DNA of 64,000 bases from Lama guanicoe. Lineage: Eukaryota. Where the stretch lies: NCBI GenBank assembly GCA_013239625.1, contig MU053645.1, positions 1,046,274 through 1,110,273 on the forward strand, written 5' to 3'. The position numbers were made by a program, and so were the translations under genes. Shown in pieces: positions 26,371 to 38,007 of this stretch. The notes beneath the pieces were generated by a model, which saw only the letters and a list, made by a program, of their open reading frames with translations, ran no database searches and was not told the origin of the DNA. Within the stretch, counting starts at the first letter, position 1; each line of letters begins with the position of its first letter.

Positions 26371-29300
26371 AACTACACAGGTTTTTGAGTCAGTATTCAA
26401 TCAAACCTCAAAGTCAAACTACAACTCAATCCATCAATAATGAAAACAGATATATTAGAAAGTGATTTTTAGGCTTTTAGAAAAGTACATTTCTAAATGG
26501 AGGGAGTTTTATTAGGCGAATGTAATCTATGATCATTCTAACAATATGCTTTAAAAAAAAAAGTACTCATAAACAATGACAGGGATTGATTTTCTACCGA
26601 ATTTTCCCTTTTCAGGAGTAAATACTAGGGACCTCTCTTAAGGAGACTGAAGATAAGCTCATCTTTCATGTTCTGAAAAGATAAGAAAAGAACAAGAGGA
26701 TACATGATTCAAAAGGAGTAAGTAGAAGCACCAAAGAAGAGGCTTGGAGGGGTGAGTTGGTAGCAGAAACTACCTTTGACCATTTGTGGCTTGATTTCAA
26801 GCCCATCTAAGCCCACAAATACACTTACAGTGAGCAGGAAGAGCCCAGGTTGCATTACCCCCATATGTTGTAGACCGAAGAGCAAAACTGTTACTAATCA
26901 ACATGAAATTCTACCAAAGTTTTGCATTCTTTATATTTTTATTCATCAGTAAGCCCTGTAAAGTGTTTGTTTATATCAGAGGCTATGAATGAGACTAACA
27001 GCTCTCAATCACTACAAGTGAACCATTTGTATGTGTGTAAAATATTTATAACTGATTTCCTCTTATCTCCCCCATACAGCTTTGGGGCCATTTTTCTCTA
27101 ATGTTCAGTGGTGGGTTCAGGGAATGCAAATTGACTTTAATGTTATTATGTATCATAATACATCCTCCAAAACCCAACAGAAGCCATTTTTCAATTATTT
27201 GTTGTTATAGATGATTCATCACTGTATGTAGTTAAGAGATAAACAAAACCATAGGCCCTACCAACATCTAAAAACTTTACAAAGCCAATAGCAATGTAGA
27301 CAAAGAGCCAATGGACAAGTTAGAAAATACAGTATTAAAACCATTCCAGAGATAAACAACCACTGTGGGCAAGGATTCTGAAGAGAATAGGTAAGAGAGT
27401 GAGTAACCATGGGTGCTCCACTGTCTCTCATTCCATCAAATCAGGAAGATTTTATAGAAGAGGTTTTCAGCAATATACTGAATGACAAGGAGAGATAGCA
27501 TGACAAATAGAAGAAAACAGATGGAAAAATTTTGCATCAAGATATGATCAGAGCAATGCAAGTGAACACAGCTACAACTACTCAAGAGCTGTGCTTGGCA
27601 TTAGGAAGTAGTTAGAATGCATCCTAAATGACTATTCAGTTTCCAAGATAATGCCTAAATCTACTTTAGTTGCTGTCACCAAGTATTAGTGGTTCCTTTG
27701 TTTGGGGAAGAAAAGCAGACTTCGAGGCTCAGATGAAAAGACTTGTAGATTATGAATAAAGAAAACCAACTAGATTACCAAGACAAACCAACCAACAAAC
27801 AAAAGAAAAACAATTAATATATTTGTGTAATATTAAAGAGAGCAAAGAACAAAGAGGAACCCATTTTCAAAGAAAGAATGCAGTGTTGATTCTTAACTTT
27901 ACAAATTTCTTCTCAGTTTTCTGTTGATTTGGCTCTCCCAATATTAGTTTATCCGCACTAGGTAAGTCAAGCCCCAGTCTTTAAAAACCTGACTTACAAC
28001 CTTTTTGACTAACAGAAGTCTCTAAGATCCAACTAACTTTCCCAAATAGTCCTTAACGAACTCTTGCTGTCCTCTTGGCATAACTAGCTCAAGCCTCTCC
28101 TAGGGCAAACCTCCCCAAAGGGACTCTTTCTCCTATAACACAGGCTTCTGGTGGCACAATATGTATCTTGGCTGTTTCTAATTAACCCAGCCAGTCTGGC
28201 TTTGAATGGATGACTCAAAAGGCTGACGCGCACACGCGTGTGTGTGTGTTTAAAAGAACCAAATGATTTTACACCAAATTCAGATCCAATAAACTTAAAC
28301 AATTTCATAAAATGATTATAATTTAAACATGAAAAGATTTCTTTGTGCCCCTCCCCTCTGAAAATTGCTTTCACCATTCAAAAATGAACAGTATTTATGG
28401 TGCTTATTAAAATGCAAGTGAGTGGAGGAAGTCAGATAACAATGAACAATATACTGAAATGATAGAAAAAAAATTGTGCAGGAGTAATCCTGTGCTCAAA
28501 GAATAGATGATATATATTTTTTCCATACAAATTACCATTCTTACAATTCTAGACTCTTATATTAAAAGCCCCTCAATGGGAAATTTCTGAGATTCAGAAG
28601 AATATAAATGGAACAAGATGAAATTGTCTGGGGAGCCAAAATGAACGTTTCAACTGATGTTGAGCCCACATATATAAAGAGATGCACCTTTAAAGCAGTG
28701 AAAGCGAAAGCAGAGTCAGATTAGCAAAAACAGAAACCAGACTGAGGTGAAAATGAATTATTTCTATGTTTCAAGGGGAAAACAGTATCTTTTTGTGAAC
28801 CTCAAGAAGAAATTCTTCCAGGAGAATTCATTTCAAACTGAAATGTTCCAGATTAAGGTTTCACTGTAGTCAGAACACCTAAAGAACAGGAGCTGTAACC
28901 TACTCCTATGAAAGAAGCAATTTATTTCATGAAAATCTCCATAAAGTACGGGGAAGAAAGCGATCCATCCTCTATATCAAATTCTCAAAAGAAAATGTGC
29001 CACCTCCTCAGAAAAAGTTTCCTTTTATTTCTTTTCCCAATCTCCCTGCTCAGAAAGACATACCAAGAAGAACAGAGTCTCAAAGCTTTAGAGAAAAACC
29101 AGTGTGAAAGTACACAAAACAAAATATTCCACAATGAACAACTGGGGCTTGAAACATCAGATATTAGCTACCTTTAAATGGTATTTTTTGAAAACTTCAC
29201 AATGATTAATCTGAGGCAAATGGAGCTGCGTAGACATGTTTAATGTTTTAGTTTCTAGAAACCAAAGGAATCACTCAAATGCTATGGTGAAAATACATTT

Positions 29301-29742
29301 ATCCTCAAAATTCCTTTTGTCTGGGAGGAATACATATCTGTTGGTTTTTAAATTAATATGACAAGTGTGTTTCTAAAACAGTATGGCGCCAAGGCTATAA
29401 GAGATGAGGTCTACTTGCTGATGTATTGTATATAAATTTCAAACAACACCAAACACAGCCGACAGACTCCTATACAGGCAGACAGAAAAAGAGGTACTCG
29501 AAGAAAAAATGAAAAATTGCTCTCTTTTGACTGCATAGCTAACTGCATGCCAGAGTCATGTTTACATGAGACTAATAGACTTCTGTGAGCTTCAGTTTCA
29601 CATAAGCAGAATAGTAAGAAGAGATCAGAAAATTTGGATGGATAAATATACAGATATATTTATAAATATATCTTTAAAATATAGGAACAAAATGGAATAT
29701 TTTAATTAGATAGCACATGAAGAAAGGTACCTGCAATGGATT

Positions 29743-29907
29743 TTTTAAACTGAGGTATAGTTGACATAACATTGTATTAGTCTCAGGGGTACAACATAAT
29801 GACTCGATATTTGTATGTATTGCAAAGTGATCACCACAATAAGTTCAGTTAACATTTGTCACCATACAGTTACAATTTTCTTTCTTGTGCCGAGAATGTT
29901 CAAGATC
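29743..29907 (-). mobile_element. Short 5'-truncated L1 3' end
   Basis: L1 3' terminus text; TSD TGCAATGGATT at 29732-29742 and 29910-29920. Confidence 0.85.
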
Positions 29908-30117
29908 CTTGCAATGGATTCTGATGCAAAGTTGTTTAAAAAAAAAAAAAAGAAAAATTTTGGATTCCAAGCTAAGAGAAGCAAAGCCAATTATAAAGTA
30001 AAAATCCTAAGGTCTATAAATGAGATCAAGAATCCAAATAAATGCTAATATTTCAGAATGAGTGGTAATGACACCTAGAGTTCATTTCATTTAAAAACCT
30101 AGAACCAAGAGATAGTA

Positions 30118-30370
30118 AGAGGCAGTATAATTTTGAAACTAGAAGCAGATTCTGGAGTTGGATCACCTATGTGTGAATCCCTGCCCATATTAGCTGTGTG
30201 AGCTTGGGCAAGTTACTTATCCTCTCTGTACCTTAGTTTCTTTATCTGTAAAATGAGGATCATAATGATGTTCTACCTCATAGAGTTATTGTGAGGATTA
30301 AAGAATTTAATGTGCACAGAGGACTTAGAAAAGAATCTGACACATAATGAGCATTTGATAATTATTAGCT
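30118..30370 (+). mobile_element. MIR SINE, near full length
   Basis: MIR core: tagctgtgtgagcttgggcaagttactt...ttatctgtaaaatgaggat...gttattgtgaggattaaa. Other MIR pieces lie at about 6415-6630, 16040-16270, 19880-20130, 31810-32000, 32920-33160, 48320-48890, 50430-50670, 54630-54870, 56330-56550 and 58330-58500. Confidence 0.85.
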
Positions 30371-32012
30371 GGCTAGTTTTAAAATACTGTATTTACTAAG
30401 AATCCTTAAACTAGCTATTTAAATAGAAATTTCCATTTTTGAAAAAGAAAAAATATCATCAATAAGCTACTCCTGCCGTAAAAGGCTACTAGTCAAATCA
30501 CATGACATAATGAAAGACATTCCCACCTATAGCTTTCATTAACTGCAGACAGAATATCTAGTAAAAAAAAAAACAGTTAAAATTGTTTAATAACTATCTT
30601 CAAAATCAGTTCAAAGTGTTATGTAACTTTTCTAGGATAGTCACAGCAAGTAGGTATGCAAATAAATTAAAAAACGAGAAGGCCAAAAGAAGTGGAGGTA
30701 CTGCTTCATCTCTGCATCAGCTTTGGTAGTTTATGGAATGGAATGTGGAACAAAAAAAAACAAATAAATAAATAAAGTGGTCTGAATGCTGTTGTTGTAG
30801 GCAAAAACTTTGTAATAATTATAAGGAACCACCATGTTTTAAATACCTATGAAAGGTCCAAGAGATATAAAAATGCTATTAGATTCTCCCCTTGTCCTCA
30901 AGAGAAAAGCAGCCTACAGGTGGAGAGAAAACACATCCATACACACATAACAGCCCTCATGAGCAGTGCAGAGCTAACGGAACTTAAGTTACTACAAGAG
31001 TGTTGTCGTTATCAGCAATAGAAGTGGCTTTCATTCAACTCCATGTGACATTTTAACAGACTATAAGGGAATGTGTACATATTTTTCCCCCTGTCCTCTT
31101 TATTATACATCTTCAAGGTAATATTAGATCCATTTGATAGAAGGGAGTGAGATTCAGAGAGATTAAGTAAGTTGATCATCGGCACCTAAATAATAAATGG
31201 AAGAGCTGAAATACGGAATCTGACTCTGCATTATAACATTATGGATGGCCGTATACGTTAACGAGAATGAAACTGATGGCTAAATTGTTCTGGGAGAAGT
31301 TATCTGTAGGATGCATGACAAAAGCACTAAAAACCTATACAACTCTCTTGGGGGCAGAAGACTGTAGCATCTCTGATTTACTTCCCAGTGAAAACAACAG
31401 TGGTGAGTAAAAAACCCTGCTGCTACCCCCTGGTAAGATAGTGATGGGGATGACATGACACAGAACATTTTAACAGATACCATTCCACATGTGACAGTGA
31501 TGTACTTCCTCAACACTGACCTTTCCTTTTTCTCTTCCCTTCTTTGAGGATGGCAGGTGGGAACAGTTGAGTTTTACATACCTGCAGGTCTAATGTGCGG
31601 TGTTCATGAATTGCTGAATACAAACAACAGGCCTCTGAATGTGAGCTACTCCAGCCTTTGCCCATTTTGTCCCCTCACTACCCTATCGTCTTGCACTCAG
31701 CAGTGTCCGCTCACAGCCAGGAGTTGGAATAACTACTGAACAGTCTCCAAGTACAGAGGGTCTCTTCTACCATTCTGATATCAGGAGACAGGACTAGTTC
31801 ACACAAGTAGTGAAAAGAACACAGGAAACTGGGGTAAAGAAAGACCTGAGTTTGAATCCAAGCTGCACTCTGAACTAGCTGTATAAACCTTATATAAACA
31901 GGTTATTTAACTTCTATGAGCTTCTGTTTTCACATCTACAAATCAGAAATAATATTTGCCTCACAGGGTTGTCCTGAGCATTGAACAGAATGCTATATTA
32001 AATACCTGTCTA

Positions 32013-32302
32013 TCCATAGAACACAAACTTGTGGTTGCCAAGGGGGAGGGGAGGTGGGAAGGGACAGACTGGGAGTTCAAAATTTATAGATACTGACAGG
32101 CATATGCAGAATAGATAAACAAGACTATACTGGATAGCACAGGGAAATATATACAGGATCCTGTGGTAGCTCACAGCAAAAAAAAAAAAAATGTGACAAT
32201 GAATATATGTATGTTCATGTATAACTGAAAAATTGTGCTCTACACTGGAATTTGACACAACATTGTAAAATGACTATAGCTCAATAAAAAAAAAGTTTAA
32301 AA
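32013..32302 (+). mobile_element. Young L1 3'UTR fragment inserted in a MIR
   Basis: Same 3'UTR family as 7576-8280; TSD AAATACCTGTCTA (32000-32012) / AAATACCTATCTA (32303-32315). Confidence 0.92.
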
Positions 32303-34579
32303 AAATACCTATCTACAAAGTAGTCTAAAAGAGCTGATTCACTGTCCCATCTTCTTTATGGTTAGACCATATGACAGCAGTCATTTTAATCACATGGAGT
32401 TGTATTTCCAGAGCATGACTTCACCATATCTTCTCCAAAAAGTTATACATTAAAATCTCATATTCTGTTGCTGTTCTAATGAGTGGCGCATTGAACGGAA
32501 GAAGCAAATCACATCTTAGACATGGATAAAACTTCAAATCAAATTATTTCTTCGATAACAAAAGGCTTCACCACCAAATGCAAACAAATATTTGGTCTTG
32601 TAATCATTGTCTTGTTTTTGTTCAGTTCTAGATATTCAGCTTCTCCACAAGAAATTCACAGGTTGTCATATTAATTGTTTTCAGAAGAGACATAATGCAA
32701 TTGGTGATCTGAATACATAAGAACTGAAGACAAATTAATTGGGAAACTTGGGACCTTGTTAAAATGAGTTTGTGTGTAACTTCTTTCTGACTTCTGACCA
32801 GGAAACTTTTGTCACCAATACTTTTTACTTAGGGACTAGTGTTCGCCCTGAAAATCAATTAAGCTTATCTATTAAAACAAACTACTTAATGAAACAGAAT
32901 CATCTGATTTAACAAACATGTGTCAGTTATCATGTTAGGTTGTTTTTTACATATGATAACTTATTTCTTATTTAATCCTCAGAAAAATGAATGAGGTAAA
33001 AACTACTCCTAATAATTTTTCCTGATTTTCCTAAAGAGGAAACTAAATTTAAGAAAAGCTATTTGCTCATAGACATATAGTGAGTTTTGGGCAGTGAAAA
33101 AATTTAAACCTAGCGATTCAGACTTCAAATATAGCATCCTTTATATTCCACCACTACTGCTGTGAAAATCAGAAATGCTGTACGGGGTCAGACCTATGAT
33201 TTATCCAGCTTTCAATGCCAGTGCTGGGAGTCACAGTACAACATGGAGGCAAGTGTAAAAAGCTGGTACTCTAGTACAAGGATCACTCCCTGGCTCCTAA
33301 GTCAGAAGGCACACCTGATTCAGCATTTGAGACAAGACAGTGAATTAAATCAGGCAAGCACACACAAGTCTGAAAACACAGGACAAATTATGACAGGCTT
33401 GACAAAGCCAAGATATGGGAACAAGAAAGGCTTAATCCTAGAGACGAGGTAAATATTCAGGAATCTGGAAATTCATAGGAAGCAAAGGGCCAGGCTCAAT
33501 CATCAGGAGAACAAACATATGGCATCAATAAGAAGGTATGTTCAAAACCAATGCAGCCCATTTCCTACCCAGGTAGCTTCTTAAAAACTAACCAAGATAA
33601 CAGACAATTGTTCAAAGAGCCTAATAAATATTTCTCTCTCCTATTGATCCTAAATGACAGATTGAAAGCTTCAAAGCATATTCCATTTTTCATTTCTAAT
33701 ACCAAGCAAACTCTTCTTTATCTAAAGAACATACGGTGAAAAACCAATCAAATATTTAGACTTAAATTGGTTGCATAAGGACCACATGCGGAAATAATTT
33801 TAAAATAATACATACGTGTATAGGAAACTTTGAAGCGTTTTTGGAAAAAATCACAAAGCTTGCATTTATACCCAGAGACAATTAGGCAAAAAGCATTTCA
33901 GGATGCTGGGGAGTATCAGCCCTTAAGAAAAAGGGACTTGTTTTGAAAGGAATAATAGCTAAAAGCCTTCAGCTCGGATTGAGAGCAAAATGACATCATA
34001 TAAACAACGTAAATCACAAAACACTTATTGCTTAATGTCATCATATGGAAGCACATTTTGCTGAGGTAAATATAACGAATGGGAACGCTTCATTCTATCC
34101 TGAAGTCCATGTGTTACAGGGACAACAGGCACTGGGAGAGTGTTGGCTACCTATCCATGGATTCATGGATGTACTAATCAGTGAATCTCAACAGAGCTCA
34201 ATTTGCCCATTTCTCAGAGCCACGTCTTTGAAGTTAAATTGATAAAATAAAAGTACCATGTCTTTTTGTCCATGTCATAATCAAAGATGCCTCACAACCT
34301 CACTTGATATTAAAAATATGGCTAGGTTAGGTGGGCCAACTTAACCAAATGCTTTTATACCTCAAAACCACATTTATTTTAGACTTTGTTTAGAATAGCA
34401 CACCCTAAATACCAACTCCTGACCCAGGCTGTATTCCACTTGGGCTCTGAGCATGCTTAAACTGTCTTTTCCATATGCAAGTCAGCATGGCTCTTGAGTT
34501 ATAAACAACAACAATAACAATAAGCATAACAGCTACTACTTACTGAGCACTTCTGTATGTCAAGCACTGTGCTACACAC

Positions 34580-34698
34580 TTTTTTTTATTGAAGTATAGT
34601 CAGTTACAATGTGTCAAATTTCTGGTGTACAGCATAATGTCCCAATTATACATATACATATACACACACATGTTTTCATATTCTTTTTCATTAAAGGT
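34580..34698 (-). mobile_element. Short L1 3' end, antisense
   Basis: ttttttattgaagtatagtcagttacaatgtg...tctggtgtacagcataa. Confidence 0.8.
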
Positions 34699-35473
34699 AT
34701 ATAGAAACAAAGGCAGAGTCCGTGCTTCTGACAAAGGTCAACCCCTCCATTTGTACTCCGGATTCCACCTCCTCCTATTTTCTCTTCCTTTACTTCTCCT
34801 TCTCTAATGGGCCATTTCTACTGGTATATAAACATGTGCTAGATTTTTCCATATTTTAAAAGAGAGATCCTTCCTTAATGACACATTCAACTACCATCCT
34901 CATTATCTACTCTTCTTCATAACCAAACTTCTAAAAAGGGTCAAGTTCAATGGATATTTTGGGCCTCATTTTACATAGTTGACCACTTCCACTTCCTTGA
35001 AACACTCTCCCGTCTTAACTACCATGAGAGGTAGGTTTCCTTCCTTTGTTTTTGCCATACCTCTTAGTCCACTTTGCTGGTTCCTCATTATCCATGCCCC
35101 AGGGACTGATCCTCGGCCCCCATTCCATCTCTTTCTAAATTCTCTCTCATGGTTACCTTATCTAGTGTCATAATCTTAAAAATCAGTATATTGACTGCTC
35201 TCAAGTATATATCCCAGGTCCATAATTCTGTGAGCCCCAGACTCATAGAAAAACTGCCTAATTTGACCCTTTTAAATTCATATTCCTAGGCGGCCTTATT
35301 TCACCTTGATTTATAATATATCTCTGTACTTATTAGATTTTTTCGATGGGTAGCTACCTACTTCCTTAGGGAAAATAGCCTTCAATGACAATCTCCCTGT
35401 GATTCAGTTAACCTTCTGTGATATACATTACTACATATGTGGAAAGTTAAGCTCAGAAAGGTAATTTGTTTAA

Positions 35474-35697
35474 AGGGAGTTCGAGATTTGCAGATATACA
35501 CTACTATATATAAAATAGATAAACAACAAGTTTATACTGTATAGCACAGGGAACTATATTTAATATCTTTAAGTGATGTATAATGAAAAAAATATGAGAA
35601 GGAATATATATATGAATACGTATAACTGAAACATTATGTTGTACAGCACAAATTAACACACTGTAAACTGACTATATTTCAATTAAAATAAATAAAA
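35474..35697 (+). mobile_element. L1 3'UTR fragment within a MIR
   Basis: gggagttcgagatttgcagata...tatagcacagggaactatatt...ctgtaaactgactata plus A-rich tail. Confidence 0.85.
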
Positions 35698-36934
35698 TCA
35701 TAGACCTAGTTAAGTGTTGGACTTAGAACCTAATCCAACTCTTCATGATTCCGGAGACCAACGATTTAACCACCAGGCATTCAATCTTGTCAAGTTTGTT
35801 AACTGACAAGATTAAAACTGCTCATCATACATTTCCTTATCACCACACCTCAGACTATATCAAATCATGACCAAGCTTTTATGGTACAAAGATGACTTTG
35901 CCTTAGGATTATAAATCATTAGCAGTTACTTTCAGTTTTTAAGCCACATTTCTTTGTAAGCATTGTGAGAGAGATGAGGCACTATCAGTAGGGCAGAAAC
36001 TCAGGAATTCTTCCTCTAATAACAGAAACAGAAAGCAGGTATACATCTAGTCACTTTTTTGGGGGGTCTTCATTGAAACTATTTTGGTAAAATAACCTCC
36101 AGGATAAAGAGCACAGATTGTAGTAATGAACTAGAATTGTACTATAGTCCATGTGAAAGTCAAATCCATGGCTCTAGCCAAAGTAAATTAGAGAAAAGAT
36201 ATATGAGTCATATAGTATACTCAAAAAAGCTTTTTTTTTTTCCTAAGCAGGCCATGTGTCAAAATACTGCAAGACGAAAAGCGGAGAGACTCTAGGGCAT
36301 TGGCTACAGGGAACCATTAAGATTTATCTTTAAACATGAAATCTAACTAGCATGGGACTAAATTTTAAGAGGTTTCCTAAAACAGGATTGGTGCCCCCAT
36401 AATGTATATATGCTGGATTGACTCTATTTATTCTATTAATTGCTCAGTTAAAAACATATATGATGTCAGTAGAGGAAGAAAGGGAACAGTCTAGGAACCC
36501 AAACAATGGGGAAGAAATGGAATATGAGGAGGGAGGGAAGTGGTCCAGAATTAAACAGAAGGACATGAAGCAGAGGACACGGGAGACATTAAGCATTAGC
36601 TCTGGGATTAGAAAGCTGAATATAAGAGCATTTACAAAACTGCTTACATGGACTTACACTACCTTAAGTAACAGAACTCAGTAATACTTTTATTCTAATA
36701 GAAACATATTACATGTGCAAAGCAAGATGTATTCATGTGAGTTAGAAATCATGATGAAATTTTTAAATAGCATGACTAGGCTCTTCAGCTGTCTCTGATA
36801 AAATTTACATAATGTCTTTTGCGTCTTTCGAAGGGCACTGGCTCTCACTCAGCGTTTCCAGGCGCATGTCTCCTATGTCATCTACATACTTTTTACCCAA
36901 GTTTTTCCACATATGGTTACTTGGTTCTTTGCAG

Positions 36935-37166
36935 GGGACCACGAGCCAAAGGATGCAGACAGCCTCAAGAAGCTGGAAAAGGCAAAGAAACAAATTCTCC
37001 CCTAGTGCCTCTCAGAAGGAAAACAGCCCTATCCACACCTTGTTTTATCCCAGGAAGTCTCATTTTGGGCTTCTGGCTTCAACAACTGTAAGATAATAAA
37101 TGCGTGTTGTTTTAAGCCACCAAGTTTGCTGTAATCTGTTTACAACAGCAATAGGAAATGAATATA
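36935..37166 (+). mobile_element. MaLR LTR 3' half (MLT1B/C-like)
   Basis: cacgagccaaaggatgcag...gaagctggaaaaggcaa...aactgtaagataataaat...ttttaagccaccaagttt...acagcaataggaaatgaata. Confidence 0.85.
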
Positions 37167-37519
37167 CCCCCTTTCCCATTTCTTTGACTTCTAAGCTCTT
37201 TCTCTTTCTCCATTACTGATCTCATGAATTCGTGTCAATGAGAATATCAGCAACTCAATCACTCACCTTGGTTTTCAAGTATAGGCTGCCAAGACCAAGG
37301 AATGTCTTCATCTTCACACACTATCCTCCCTCACCTCGTGCCATTTAGTCTCAACAATCCAAAGATCTGATGGAATTAATTTGTAGCCTCGTGACATCTG
37401 TCCCTTTCATTTATAACATATTCCAACTTCATTACCCTCTAATAATAAACTTTTTGATAATTCTTCCATCATCACCCTCCCTCAGTTGTCTTTCTTTTTG
37501 TAAACCTGTATGGAGATAA

Positions 37520-38007
37520 ATTTCCATTGACAGATAATTGGATAAAGACGACTACTCAGCCATAAAAAAGAATGAAATAATGCCATTTGCAGCAACATGG
37601 ATGGACCTGGAGATTATCATATTAAGTGAAGTAAGTCAGACAAAGACAAATATCAGATCATATCACTTACTTATGGAGTCTAGAAAATGATACAAATGAA
37701 GTTATTTACTTAACAGAAACAGACTCAGGGACATAGAAAACAAACTTATGGTTACCAAAGAGAAGAGGTGGGTGCAAGGAGGGATAAATTAAGAGTTTGA
37801 GATTAATAGATACAAACTACTAAATACAAACTAGATAAACAAGGTCCTACTATAAAGCACAGGGAACTACATTCAATATCTTGTAATAAACTAATAATGG
37901 AAAAGAATCTGAAAAAAAATGTAACTGATCACTATGTTGTACACCAGAAACTAACACAACATTGTAAATCAACTATACTTCAATAAATTTTTTTAAAAAG
38001 AAAAAAA
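37520..38007 (+). mobile_element. L1 ORF2 end plus 3'UTR (older artiodactyl-type)
   Basis: actactcagccataaaaaagaatgaaataatgccatttgcagcaacatggatggacc...aactatacttcaataaa plus A tail. Confidence 0.9.

Noticed and set aside
29652..29673. Perfect 22-bp palindrome AGATATATTTATAAATATATCT
   Set aside because: Low-complexity AT sequence; such palindromes arise readily.
35783..35813. Hairpin AATCTTGTCA...TGACAAGATT
   Set aside because: A 10-bp stem only, too short for a pre-miRNA or MITE, with no supporting context.
36805..37096. Cluster of ORFs on both strands, including a natural-looking peptide (WKNLGKKYVDDIGDMRLETLSE)
   Set aside because: Half lies in an MLT1 LTR, there is no convincing minus-strand acceptor, and the peptide is not recognised.
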